A stretch of DNA of 64,000 nt from positions 16,858-80,857 of IMG/VR virus record IMGVR_UViG_3300047509_000103. One strand, written 5' to 3'. The translations under genes were made by a program, and so were the position numbers. The DNA is from a virus. This document shows positions 17,816 through 27,334 of the stretch, one piece after another (positions within the stretch are counted from its first letter, which is position 1; each line of letters begins with the position of its first letter). The notes below the pieces were generated by a model. That model was given only the letters and a program-made list of their open reading frames with translations. It was not told the DNA's origin and did no database searches.

Positions 17816-18286
17816 GTGTATCCGCCCAGCTTGCAGGCTCTCGCCGATGGACGTCGGTGGGAAGGGTACTCGCTTGTCGTTTACCCAGACTCACGCGGTC
17901 TGCCGACGCAAGGGATCGGTCGTCACCACGGTGTGAACTTTGGTGATGCGCCAATTACCGATGCCATCGCCAGCCTGTGGTTCGCGCAAGACTGGCAGGA
18001 TGGTTACGCGACCGCGCACGGGATGTTTCCAGCGATCGACACTATCGATCAAGTGCGCCGCGAGTCACTGATTTGGATCCTGTTCAATATGGGGCAGGGC
18101 ACGCTTTCTCAGTTCGTCGCGTTCATCCAGCACGTCAACGCTGGAGAGTGGCCAGAGGCCGCGTTCCACGTGCTGACGAATATGGCTCATCACTTGACGC
18201 CTTACGTGCAGCAGGTCGGCGCGCGCGCTGAAGAAACCGGACTACGCATCGCCACTGGCGAAGTCTTATTGGAATTCAGAGCTTAG
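17816..18286 (+). CDS. endolysin, T4-type lysozyme (GH24)
   Basis: E-x8-D-x5-T triad (EGYSLVVYPDSRGLPTQGIG), FNMG. Confidence 0.88.
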   Translation: MYPPSLQALADGRRWEGYSLVVYPDSRGLPTQGIGRHHGVNFGDAPITDAIASLWFAQDWQDGYATAHGMFPAIDTIDQVRRESLIWILFNMGQGTLSQFVAFIQHVNAGEWPEAAFHVLTNMAHHLTPYVQQVGARAEETGLRIATGEVLLEFRA

Positions 18287-18296
18287 GAGATCACTC

Positions 18297-18557
18297 ATGC
18301 ATTACAGGAACGGCCGTGAGGCCAAGAACGGTGACAAGGTTGTATCTCTGGCTGGCTACGGCAGCGGACCGGTCAACATCAATGCCATTGGCGTTCTGTT
18401 CGATGCCGCGCCCGGCAACGACTTCTGCAATGGCTACATCGCTTCGATCATTGGCGGCCCAGTCGTCGTCGCATGTATGTGCGATTGCCTGCATCTTGAT
18501 GATCTTGCGGCCCTGATCGTCGCCGCCGGCCTGGACAAGCGCCCGCCCGGGAAATAG
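18297..18557 (+). CDS. phage hypothetical protein
   Basis: MHYRNGREAKNGDKVV; AGGAG RBS. Confidence 0.75.
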   Translation: MHYRNGREAKNGDKVVSLAGYGSGPVNINAIGVLFDAAPGNDFCNGYIASIIGGPVVVACMCDCLHLDDLAALIVAAGLDKRPPGK

Positions 18558-18559
18558 CC

Positions 18560-18769
18560 ATGAAAGCGGAAAACTTCTGCTTCTGGCTGCAAGGCTTCTT
18601 CGAGCTGACAGACCCGAAGCAAGTGACACCCGAACAGGCCGAGCAAATCAAGACGCATCTCGCGCTTGTGTTTCAGCACGATCCGGCGATGGCGCACAAA
18701 GCGCCACCGCCAATTCCGGTGCTGGTGCCGCACCGCACTCCCGGCCGCGAACCAGTGCTGTTCTGCTGA
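18560..18769 (+). CDS. phage hypothetical protein
   Basis: 'FCFWLQGFFEL..IKTHLALVF'. Confidence 0.75.
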   Translation: MKAENFCFWLQGFFELTDPKQVTPEQAEQIKTHLALVFQHDPAMAHKAPPPIPVLVPHRTPGREPVLFC

Positions 18770-18770
18770 C

Positions 18771-19076
18771 ATGCGCACCGTATCCGGGATCTGCAACATG
18801 TGCGGGCGCCTAGCTCGCCAGCTCGAGCGATCGAAAGGCTGGAGCGTTGTGCAGATAGGCGTCACGCAATTGCAGATGCACCACGAGTGCGCTGAGCAGT
18901 ATCGCGGCGACGGGTTGCTCCCGACAGCGACGTACAGGCGCCGCACGGATTCACTGCGTGAGCGAGTAGAGCGCGCTAATGCTGTTGAGACATTGCCGCG
19001 TCGCCGCCCGCGGCCGCCGGAAGGCAAGCTGTGGTTCGGCGGTCTGCGCGACGAACGCGCCCTTAACTTCCACTGA
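18771..19076 (+). CDS. hypothetical protein, possible zinc-binding
   Basis: CNMC..HHEC; fills the operon. Confidence 0.5.
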   Translation: MRTVSGICNMCGRLARQLERSKGWSVVQIGVTQLQMHHECAEQYRGDGLLPTATYRRRTDSLRERVERANAVETLPRRRPRPPEGKLWFGGLRDERALNFH

Positions 19077-19084
19077 GGCGGCAC

Positions 19085-19468
19085 ATGAAAGTCCAGTGCA
19101 ACACTCGTTGCCAGCGCGTCATCGCGTACCTGCTGATCAAGCTGAACCAGCCCACGACATGGGCAGGGTTCGCGACCGCTGCAACCGCGTTTGGGATCAA
19201 CTTCTCGCCCGAGAAGTGGCAGGTCATATCGACCACTGGCATGTCCGTCGTGTCCTTCTGCCTGTTCCTGGCGAGCGAAGGGCGAAACAAGCCGGACAAC
19301 CCCAATCTGAGCACTGTGCTGAGGGGCGAAATGCCGCCGCCCAAGGCTGCCATCGTGCCGCCCAGCACCGATGGGATGGCAACGCTGACCCAAGCCCAGG
19401 TGAAAAGCGAGGTTGTGGATCCGGCCGGCGAAGTGCACGCGCAACCTACGGACAAGCCAAATGGCTGA
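19085..19468 (+). CDS. putative holin
   Basis: 'LNQPTTWAGF' plus two hydrophobic segments and a hydrophilic tail. Confidence 0.6.
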   Translation: MKVQCNTRCQRVIAYLLIKLNQPTTWAGFATAATAFGINFSPEKWQVISTTGMSVVSFCLFLASEGRNKPDNPNLSTVLRGEMPPPKAAIVPPSTDGMATLTQAQVKSEVVDPAGEVHAQPTDKPNG

Positions 19469-19562
19469 CCTGATCGCATCGGCGCACTGGTGGCTACCAC
19501 TGGTGCTTGGCGCCGGAGTCGAACTGATTCTCGGTTGGATGAAGATGCGGGGGCGCAGATGA
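19461..19562 (+). CDS. 33-aa TM peptide (not in ORF track)
   Basis: MADLIASAHWWLPLVLGAGVELILGWMKMRGRR fills the gap between neighbours. Confidence 0.45.
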   Translation: MADLIASAHWWLPLVLGAGVELILGWMKMRGRR

Positions 19563-19895
19563 ATGACAACGCCACTGGAACAAGCCGACCTCATCATCAC
19601 GGAAGTGGAGGGGATTTTCGCAGACCCGACTTTGAACGCCGCCCAGCGGGCTGGCAGTCTCTTACCTTATGTGCCGAGGCTCCTAAACGCGACGAAGGAT
19701 CTACGAGAATTCCATCTTGGGTACAGCTTGGAACATCGCCGCATTTCCGCGCTGGTATCAAAGCTGCTGCGAACGATGCTCGACGCATCTACTGGGGAGC
19801 TGAAGTGGGTTGCGGACTTGCCGCCTGGGAAAGCGCCGGAATTCCGGCGTGCGTTGACTGACCTTCAAACCCATTTTAAGCAGACCCCAGTATGA
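19563..19895 (+). CDS. hypothetical protein
   Basis: coupled to the lipase gene. Confidence 0.55.
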   Translation: MTTPLEQADLIITEVEGIFADPTLNAAQRAGSLLPYVPRLLNATKDLREFHLGYSLEHRRISALVSKLLRTMLDASTGELKWVADLPPGKAPEFRRALTDLQTHFKQTPV

Positions 19896-20728
19896 CCACA
19901 GCGGCAGAGTACGCATGCCTTGCCGGTTACGCGGAAGCGATGAATGCGGCAGGCTTGTTGGCGCCACCGATCGACACGCGCGCGAACGATTGGCAAATCG
20001 TCGGCTATATCACCGCCCAGAACGCGCTGTTCAACCTGCAGCGCGTTGGCGTCGGCCAGCGCGTGTTCTTCGGTTTCCACGCGTTCAGAATGTCCGATCC
20101 AAGAGAGCACGTCGTCGTCATACGCGGCACCGAGAGCGCGATCGAATGGATAGAGGACGCCGACGCGATACTGGCGCCGGGACCGCCCATCGGGTTAGTG
20201 CATCGTGGTTTCTGGAGCATCTACCAGAGCGCGCGATACTTCTCGCACGGCGCGCTTGGTGATGGCTTGCTCGCCGCGCAGGGCATCACCGCAGCAATGC
20301 CGATCGGCGCATCGGTGACATTCATCGGTCACAGCCTAGGCGGACCAATAGCTACATACATGGTACATGACACCGCGCGTATTCCATTCGCCCCGCGGCA
20401 GCGTGAATTCTCTCTCGGTGCTGTGCTGTTCGCGAGCCCGCGCCCAGGCGACCGTGCCTACGTCGAGAACTTCGACGAGGTGGTCGGCAAGCTGAACTAT
20501 TCATGTTACGCATACGAACGCGACCGCGTTCCGCACTTGCCGGTCTGGATTCCGACGCTGCCGTTCAAGTCACTGCTTGGCACGACATGGATCAAGCCAT
20601 CGCAGTCGCAGGCAATCATCAGCGATACGCCTGGGTGCTGCCATGCAGCCACGTCTTACGCACGAATGCTTGATTATGCTAGTGCCGACGGCACAAATAG
20701 CTGTGTATTGGGACCGAGACCCAGCTGA
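19892..20728 (+). CDS. class 3 lipase (alpha/beta hydrolase)
   Basis: IRGT, VHRGF, GHSLGG, FASPRPGD, DRVPHLP, C-terminal H. Confidence 0.9.
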   Translation: MTTAAEYACLAGYAEAMNAAGLLAPPIDTRANDWQIVGYITAQNALFNLQRVGVGQRVFFGFHAFRMSDPREHVVVIRGTESAIEWIEDADAILAPGPPIGLVHRGFWSIYQSARYFSHGALGDGLLAAQGITAAMPIGASVTFIGHSLGGPIATYMVHDTARIPFAPRQREFSLGAVLFASPRPGDRAYVENFDEVVGKLNYSCYAYERDRVPHLPVWIPTLPFKSLLGTTWIKPSQSQAIISDTPGCCHAATSYARMLDYASADGTNSCVLGPRPS

Positions 20729-21210
20729 TGTTCGACAAGATCGCTTGGCAGCGCCAATGGCGCGCTGAGAATAAAGAACGCAACACCGGATATCACATTG
20801 CCGCTTACAGGCGCGATCCGGAAAAGCACAAAGCAGCGCACAACAAATGGCGCGATGCGAACGTGCAAAAAGCGAATGACGCGACATCGCAATGGCGTGG
20901 CAGGAACAAGGAAAAACTGCTCGCTTACTCGCGCGACTACGCTGCTAGAAATAGAGCAAGCCGTGCCGCGAATCAAGCGAAGCGTCGCGCTTTGAAGCTA
21001 TTGGCAACACCGCTGTGGGCAGACCACGAGTTGATTGAACTCATCTATGCCGAGGCTGCGCATCGTGGCTTGGAAGTTGATCACGTGATACCGCTTCAAG
21101 GCAAGACTGTTTGTGGCTTGCACGTGCATACGAACATGCAATTGCTCAGTGCTGGCGAGAATTACAGCAAGCGCAACAAGTACCCGTATCCATCAAGGAT
21201 TCCACTATGA
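20728..21210 (+). CDS. HNH endonuclease
   Basis: ATPLWAD..EVDHVIPL.G..VCGLHV..N..N..K.N. Confidence 0.88.
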   Translation: MFDKIAWQRQWRAENKERNTGYHIAAYRRDPEKHKAAHNKWRDANVQKANDATSQWRGRNKEKLLAYSRDYAARNRASRAANQAKRRALKLLATPLWADHELIELIYAEAAHRGLEVDHVIPLQGKTVCGLHVHTNMQLLSAGENYSKRNKYPYPSRIPL

Positions 21211-21818
21211 AACGCATCTCGCAGTTGTGTCTCATCGTCGCATTCGCAGCCATTTCTGGCTGCGCTGCGCTTCAAGCTACGAATTCCAAAATTCAGCAGG
21301 ATGTGCAGAAGGTCGAGGCGAAGATTGCCACCGACGTTCAAGCCGCATCGGTGCCGGACTTGGAGAATGCAAAGCTCGGCGCCGCGAACCTGCCGGAACC
21401 GCAGAAAACTGACGCGCTGACCTGCATCAACGAGCAGGAAGTGTATCTTGGCTCGGTCGTTACAGCGCTCACGGCTGTTCAGACAACGACTACGACGCCT
21501 GGGCCCGCTTTCAATCCGTTGCAGCCCGGTATTTTTACATTGGCCGTTGACGCCCAGTTGCAGGCCAATACGAGCAACATCGATCCGCTGGCGCTATTGA
21601 CCGCTGCGATACCGCAGGTTCCGCATCAACTGGTGAAGGACTGCCTGATCGTGATCACTGATTCAAAGGTGGCAATCGCAAAGCTCGGACTACAAGCGGC
21701 AACGTTGGCGGCTAGCGTCGCGAACATAGGTGCTGCAGCCAAGCTCAAGGCTGGTGCTTCGGCGCTAAAAGCCGGAGAGGCCGCCTTGAAGGTCGAAGCA
21801 GCTGCGGTGCATCCATAG
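21207..21818 (+). CDS. lipoprotein (spanin candidate)
   Basis: MKRISQLCLIVAFAAISG-C lipobox. Confidence 0.7.
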   Translation: MKRISQLCLIVAFAAISGCAALQATNSKIQQDVQKVEAKIATDVQAASVPDLENAKLGAANLPEPQKTDALTCINEQEVYLGSVVTALTAVQTTTTTPGPAFNPLQPGIFTLAVDAQLQANTSNIDPLALLTAAIPQVPHQLVKDCLIVITDSKVAIAKLGLQAATLAASVANIGAAAKLKAGASALKAGEAALKVEAAAVHP

Positions 21819-22016
21819 GTGGCTGCGGTCAAATCCTCAGCCGTCTCGGACATCGAGTACGACCACGCCAAGCAGCAAATGCACGTCGTGTTCAAGGGTG
21901 GGAAGAAGTACACCTACCACGACGTGCCGGCCAAGGTTCATAGCACGGTGGTCAGTGCCGCCAGCATCGGCCAGGCGATGGCCAAGCACGTGCTCGGCAA
22001 GTATCGACACACGTAG
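21819..22016 (+). CDS. KTSC domain protein
   Basis: SSAVSDIEYD..VVFKGG..YTYHDVP..SIG. Confidence 0.85.
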   Translation: MAAVKSSAVSDIEYDHAKQQMHVVFKGGKKYTYHDVPAKVHSTVVSAASIGQAMAKHVLGKYRHT

Positions 22017-22027
22017 GAGAAATACCA

Positions 22028-22291
22028 ATGAACCGGCGTGAGTTCTTCGCGATGACTGCAGGCGCTGCGTTGGGCGGGATAGTTGCTGGCGCGGTTGCCA
22101 ATCAGCTGACTCCAGCGCGCCCGGCGATTGTACCGGCGTGCATGGAGATGTCGCCAGATCTGCCGCAGAGCAATACGGCGCAGTTGATGCGTTCGACTTT
22201 TCCGAGCGTTTCGGAGATTCAGGAGCAGTTGGCGAATTCGGCGATGTCTGCCGTAAATGTCGGCGCTAGCATTCGTAGGGATCAACCATGA
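22028..22291 (+). CDS. small protein with twin-arginine signal-like N-terminus
   Basis: MNRREFFAMTAGAALGG. Confidence 0.65.
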   Translation: MNRREFFAMTAGAALGGIVAGAVANQLTPARPAIVPACMEMSPDLPQSNTAQLMRSTFPSVSEIQEQLANSAMSAVNVGASIRRDQP

Positions 22292-22500
22292 AGATCACAA
22301 CCAAACAGCGCGACGCGTTGCCGGCGAGCAAGTTCGCGTTGCCCGAGCAGCGCAAGTATCCGGTTAACGACCGAGCTCACGCCGCGAACGCCAAGGCGCG
22401 CGCCACGCAGCAGTTCGACAAGGGCAACCTGAGCATGTCGGCCAAGCAGCAGGTTGTCAGGGCCGCGAACCGCACGCTCAGTCGTGGCCGGGGTAGCTGA
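22288..22500 (+). CDS. small conserved-type phage protein
   Basis: 'RDALPASKFALPEQRKYPVNDRAHAANAKAR'. Confidence 0.75.
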   Translation: MKITTKQRDALPASKFALPEQRKYPVNDRAHAANAKARATQQFDKGNLSMSAKQQVVRAANRTLSRGRGS

Positions 22501-22508
22501 GAATCGTC

Positions 22509-23066
22509 ATGGCAACCAAGCAGCGTAAACGCCGGGACGGCCATGTTCCGGCGAAAGGTCAGCAGGACGTCACCAAAGCTGCGCAGCCAAAGCGTAAGAA
22601 GCGCAAAGCAAAAGCCCCAAAGCCTAACGGTAGACCGTCTGACTACAGGCCGAGGTTTTGCAAGAAGGCGCAGGAAATGGCGCATGGAGGCGCAACCGAT
22701 CGCGAAATCGCGGAAAAGCTGGGGGTGCACGAAGTCACACTCTATCGCTGGCAGCACGAGCACCCAGAGTTTCGCAGTGCCATAAAGCTCGGGAAGGAGG
22801 CTGCAGACAAGCGCGTCGAGCAATCTCTCTACCGTCGCGCCATTGGCTACAGCCACGACGCCACGAAGATCATGCAGAACAACGGTGTCCCGGTGATCGT
22901 TCCGTACGTCGAGCACTTTCCGCCTGATCCGACATCAATGATCTTCTGGCTAAAGAACCGCAAGCCGAAGGATTGGCGCGACAAGATCGACCACGAGCAC
23001 GCTGGTGCGAATGGTGGACCGATTGAACTGACAGCGATCAGATTGGTGCCATTGGGGCGCGAGTGA
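22509..23066 (+). CDS. terS: terminase small subunit
   Basis: GRPSDY, HTH, 'HPEF..A', 'IFWLKNR.P..WRD'. Confidence 0.88.
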   Translation: MATKQRKRRDGHVPAKGQQDVTKAAQPKRKKRKAKAPKPNGRPSDYRPRFCKKAQEMAHGGATDREIAEKLGVHEVTLYRWQHEHPEFRSAIKLGKEAADKRVEQSLYRRAIGYSHDATKIMQNNGVPVIVPYVEHFPPDPTSMIFWLKNRKPKDWRDKIDHEHAGANGGPIELTAIRLVPLGRE

Positions 23067-24454
23067 ACAGCGATGCGGGTGTGTTGCGAATAGCGATTCC
23101 GGAGAAACTGATTCCGGTATTCGAGGGGCGCGCGGACGTGCGCGGCGCCTATGGCGGCCGCGGCTCTGCCAAGACCCGCAGTTTCGCGAAGATGGCAGCC
23201 GCATTCGGAATGCGGTATGGGCAAGCTGGTATCAAGGGTCAAATCCTGTGCGCCCGCCAGTACATGAATTCACTGGACGATTCCTCACTTGAAGAGGTCA
23301 AGCGGGCGATCGAAGAAGAGCCGTTTTTAGCGGCGTACTACGAGGTCGGTGAGAAATACATCTGCAGCCGCGACGGGAACATCAGTTTCGGGTTCGCTGG
23401 GTTGCACCTGAGCATCGATAGCATCAAGTCGAAGGGCCGCATCCTGTTGTGCTGGGTCGACGAAGCAGAGCCAGTGCTTGAATCGGCATGGAATACGCTG
23501 GAACCGACGCTGCGCGAAGAAGCCGACGGCTGGAATGCCGAGCTGTGGGTGACGTGGAATCCGAAGCGCAAGAGTGCCGCAGTCGAGAAGCGTTACCGCA
23601 ATAGCTCGGATCCACTGATCAAGATTGTCGAGCTGAACTGGCGCGACAACCCCAAGTTCCCTGGCAAGCTGGAGCGCCAGCGTGAACGAGATCTGGAAGG
23701 AAGTCCGGACGAGTACCCACACATCTGGGACGGCGCTTACCAGACGGTCGTCAAAGGCGCTTACTACGCGCAGCAGATTGCGGCCGCAAAAGCCAGCGGT
23801 CGAGTCAGCCGTGTGGCTGCCGATCCTTTGCTGACGTTTCGTGTCCACTGCGATATCGGCGGAACCGGAATCAATTCTGACGCCTTCGTGATGTGGGCTG
23901 ACCAGATTGTTGGTCGCGAAGTTCGGCTGCTGGACTATTACGAGGTCCAAGGCCAGCCGGCCGCTGCGCATGTATTGTGGCTACGCGAGCACGGTTACGT
24001 TCCAGGCAATACGACGATTGTGTTGCCGCACGACGGTGCCCAGGCTGACAAGGTTTTCGCAATCACGTATCAAGGCGCATTCCAGGCAGCTGGGTACGAC
24101 ACGATCGTTATCCCCAACATGGGCAAAGGTGCTGCGAAGCTACGCATCGAGGCTGGTCGCCGATTGTTTGGCGCAATGTGGTTCGACGCAGATGGCACCG
24201 AAGTTGGGTTGGACACGCTGGCGTGCTATCACGAGAAGATCGACGAGAAGCGCGACATCGGACTGGGACCGGAACACGACAGTGCATCGCACTGCGGTGA
24301 CTCCTTTGGTCTGATAGCGGTTGATTACGAGCTCAACAAGCCAAGTGGCACGCGTGTTGGCGGTAATAGTGACACCTACAACGCGGTCGCTCACTGGAAG
24401 CGCAAGCTGCGCCAGCGAAATGGAACCACTGGTCGAGGGGCAATGACGGCCTGA
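23063..24454 (+). CDS. terL: terminase large subunit
   Basis: GGRGSAKT, WVDEAE, TWNP, nuclease DIG..D..SHCGD. Confidence 0.93.
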   Translation: MNSDAGVLRIAIPEKLIPVFEGRADVRGAYGGRGSAKTRSFAKMAAAFGMRYGQAGIKGQILCARQYMNSLDDSSLEEVKRAIEEEPFLAAYYEVGEKYICSRDGNISFGFAGLHLSIDSIKSKGRILLCWVDEAEPVLESAWNTLEPTLREEADGWNAELWVTWNPKRKSAAVEKRYRNSSDPLIKIVELNWRDNPKFPGKLERQRERDLEGSPDEYPHIWDGAYQTVVKGAYYAQQIAAAKASGRVSRVAADPLLTFRVHCDIGGTGINSDAFVMWADQIVGREVRLLDYYEVQGQPAAAHVLWLREHGYVPGNTTIVLPHDGAQADKVFAITYQGAFQAAGYDTIVIPNMGKGAAKLRIEAGRRLFGAMWFDADGTEVGLDTLACYHEKIDEKRDIGLGPEHDSASHCGDSFGLIAVDYELNKPSGTRVGGNSDTYNAVAHWKRKLRQRNGTTGRGAMTA

Positions 24455-24482
24455 GCATTTTGGCGCAGTAGACGTTCACCAC

Positions 24483-24513
24483 AGACCCGGCCTCGAGCCG
24501 GGTTTCGCATTTC
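24483..24513 (+). terminator. intrinsic terminator-like hairpin
   Basis: ACCCGGC-CTCGA-GCCGGGT followed by TTCGCATTTCT. Confidence 0.6.
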
Positions 24514-24526
24514 TGAGGACTGACCA

Positions 24527-26782
24527 TTGGCAGCGATCCCAAACAATGTCGCCGCCCCATACGGCGCACCTGGCGATCCTGGCAACGAAGCCGAAACGGC
24601 GATGGGGGTATTCCAGCGCATCGAGGAAAAGTATTACCGCGGGCATATCGACTACATGCTGCACGCGCGGCGCATGGAGGACATGTACCTCGCCGGCGGC
24701 CGCCAGTGGCGCGCAGACGATGCGGCAAAGCTGGAACAAGAGGGCCGACCTGCATACGAGGTCGACATCATCAAGCCGGCTATCAACGCGATCATCGGCT
24801 ACCAAATCGCGAACCGTGTTGACCTTTCCTTCGTTCCGCGCGGCGGCGACAGCGACGAAAACTCCGCTCGCATAATGAGCAAAGTTGTCCGGCAGATGTT
24901 GGATAACGTTAAGTGGCGCCAGATCGAGACGAATTGTGTACTGGACGGTTTGATCCAGCAGCGCGGGTATCTCGACTTGCGCATGAGCTACGACAACAAC
25001 GATCTCGGCGAGTTGGAGATCCGCTGCATCGACCCGTTGGATGCGATGCCGGATTTGGACGCCAACGAATACGACCCCGACAAGTGGGCTGATTTTGACG
25101 AATCACGCTGGCTGACGGCGACGCAGATCGAGTCGCAGTACGGCAAGGACGCGGCCGATCAAATCGTCGGATTCTCCGATCACTTGTCGGACGAAGAGAA
25201 CTGGGGCGTTGAAAACGGTGTCGATCGCCGCGGCTTCGACGACTACTTCGGCGCCTACGCCTACGGACGTGCGTACTACGGTCGCAAAGGGCCATGGCGG
25301 CGCTACCGCATCGTGCATCGCCAGGTGAACGAGTACGCGAGCACCTTGGTGGCGCGCTGGCCTACCGGCGATGTGCGATCGTTGACCGGTTCCTCGCGTG
25401 AGGAAATTGGATACCTGCTACAGAAAGGCATCCCCGTATTCAAGCGCCGCATGCGTCAAGTACGCATGATGGTTGCAGCACCAGGCACGATGCTGTTCGA
25501 CGGCAGGAGCCCGTACAAGCACATGACGCCGGTGCCGTTCTTCCCCTACTTCCGCCGCGGACGGACGATAGGTGCCGTGGACGCCCTGGCGAGCGTGCAG
25601 GAGATGCTCAACAAGTTCATCTCGCAGTATGGCCACGTCATCAACAGCAGCGCGAACGGTGGATGGGAAGGCGAGGCCGACAGTCTTGCCAACATGGACG
25701 ACGGCGAGTTCGTGGATCGCGCTTCGGAAACCGGCCTCGTGTTGCTGACGAAGCCAGGTAAGAAAGCGCCGACGAAGATCAAACCGAACGACGTGCCGCA
25801 AGGCATCGCTGAAATGATCCAGTTCGCGTACAAAAACGCGCAGATGGTGAGCGGCGTTGACGAGAACCTGATGGGCGCCAACCAGAAGGACTTGTCCGGC
25901 GTTGCGGTGCAGAGCTACCAGTACGCGAGCCAGATGAAGCTGGCACCCATGCTCGACAACGTGAGTTTGATGCGGCAAACGATGCTGGGCCGCGTCCTCG
26001 ATATAACGCAGGAGTACATGGGCGCAGAACGCGTGATGCGGATCAGCGAGGAAAACTCCTACGGCGCGCAGCAACATATTCCGTACACGTTGAACCAGCG
26101 CATGGACGACGGCTCGGTATTGAACGACCTGACGATTGGCACCTACGACCTGGTTGTCGATGAGCAACCGGCACAGATCACTTTCGACAATTCGCAATTC
26201 GAGCAGATGGAAACAATGCGCAAGATGGGCATTCCGATCTCGGACGCCCGGATGATTCGCGCATCGAATCTGTCGAACAAGAGCGAGATCGCTGAGGAAG
26301 CGGAACAGAAGGCCAATACCGCGGCCAACATGAGCGCGCAACCGAATCCGCTGGCGGACGCGAGCATTGCCCTGGCTCAGGCCAAGGCTGCTCTGGCGCA
26401 GGCGCAGGCACGCAAGGCGCAGGCCGAAGCGGTCGAGGCGGCCATCGAGTCGGAGTTCAGCGCAGTGCAAACCGCGCAGACCATCGTTATGACCCCAGCC
26501 GTCGCGACGCTGGCCGACCAGTTGCTCAAGTCTGGCGGCTTCGTCGACGCCGATGCGCCACCGATCGTGCCGCAGGTTCCCCCAGGCACGCAGATGACGC
26601 CGGCACAAGAGGCCGAAATCGCTGGGCAGCACAAGAACACGCACCCGCTGTTCCCTGCGCATGCCGACACGGGGCTGAACAAGGGAATCAGCAAGCCAGC
26701 TGATCCAACCGCAGTTCCTGTCGGCGCACCGCAACCACCCGGGTCAGTACACAACCCGGACGACGGTATTTCTTCGTTCTGA
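24527..26782 (+). CDS. portal protein
   Basis: 'GRQW..L..EGRP..IKPAINAIIGYQ', 751 aa, follows terL. Confidence 0.88.
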   Translation: MAAIPNNVAAPYGAPGDPGNEAETAMGVFQRIEEKYYRGHIDYMLHARRMEDMYLAGGRQWRADDAAKLEQEGRPAYEVDIIKPAINAIIGYQIANRVDLSFVPRGGDSDENSARIMSKVVRQMLDNVKWRQIETNCVLDGLIQQRGYLDLRMSYDNNDLGELEIRCIDPLDAMPDLDANEYDPDKWADFDESRWLTATQIESQYGKDAADQIVGFSDHLSDEENWGVENGVDRRGFDDYFGAYAYGRAYYGRKGPWRRYRIVHRQVNEYASTLVARWPTGDVRSLTGSSREEIGYLLQKGIPVFKRRMRQVRMMVAAPGTMLFDGRSPYKHMTPVPFFPYFRRGRTIGAVDALASVQEMLNKFISQYGHVINSSANGGWEGEADSLANMDDGEFVDRASETGLVLLTKPGKKAPTKIKPNDVPQGIAEMIQFAYKNAQMVSGVDENLMGANQKDLSGVAVQSYQYASQMKLAPMLDNVSLMRQTMLGRVLDITQEYMGAERVMRISEENSYGAQQHIPYTLNQRMDDGSVLNDLTIGTYDLVVDEQPAQITFDNSQFEQMETMRKMGIPISDARMIRASNLSNKSEIAEEAEQKANTAANMSAQPNPLADASIALAQAKAALAQAQARKAQAEAVEAAIESEFSAVQTAQTIVMTPAVATLADQLLKSGGFVDADAPPIVPQVPPGTQMTPAQEAEIAGQHKNTHPLFPAHADTGLNKGISKPADPTAVPVGAPQPPGSVHNPDDGISSF

Positions 26783-26794
26783 GTAAGCCGCCGC

Positions 26795-27010
26795 ATGAAA
26801 ACCGCCGAATACTGGTCAGATTTGCGTCGTTGCATTCAGCGCATCATCCAAGCGGCTCGGCCGATCAATCTCTACCTGTCCCAATGTGGGCATCCAACGT
26901 TTATGCCTGGCGTCGGCTGTTCGCTGGTCGGCACATATACGACGCAGGTGACGTTGCAGCAGCTTATTGACGATATCGATGAAGCGGATCGCGAGCGCCG
27001 GGAAAGGTAA
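26795..27010 (+). CDS. hypothetical protein
   Basis: ORF in operon. Confidence 0.55.
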   Translation: MKTAEYWSDLRRCIQRIIQAARPINLYLSQCGHPTFMPGVGCSLVGTYTTQVTLQQLIDDIDEADRERRER

Positions 27011-27049
27011 ACATTCGCGAAAACGGTTTTTATTCAACGGAGCACTCCA

Positions 27050-27271
27050 ATGGCAAAGTCGAAGAACAGCACAATGATGGGCGGTATGGATCCCGACTGG
27101 CAGACCGAGAGCGACGTTCGCACGCTCGGCGAGGCGCATCGCATCAAGGGCGATCCGAAGCGGCTCAAGGCAGCGAAGGAGCATGCGAAGAAGAAGTTGG
27201 AGTCGATGGCTCGGATCGCATCTACGTCTGCCGTAGACGACGACGGCGACGACGATAACAACAACGACTGA
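27050..27271 (+). CDS. small phage protein
   Basis: 'WQTESDVRTL.EA..IK.DPKRLKAA'; GGAG RBS. Confidence 0.7.
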   Translation: MAKSKNSTMMGGMDPDWQTESDVRTLGEAHRIKGDPKRLKAAKEHAKKKLESMARIASTSAVDDDGDDDNNND

Positions 27272-27289
27272 TCGCAAGACCAGCAGCAA

Positions 27290-27313
27290 GCCGCCCCGAA
27301 GGGTGGTTTTTGT
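27290..27313 (+). terminator. intrinsic terminator
   Basis: GCCGCCC-CGAA-GGGTGGT followed by TTTTGT. Confidence 0.7.
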
Positions 27314-27334
27314 GCATGAAATTTGGAGCAAGCA

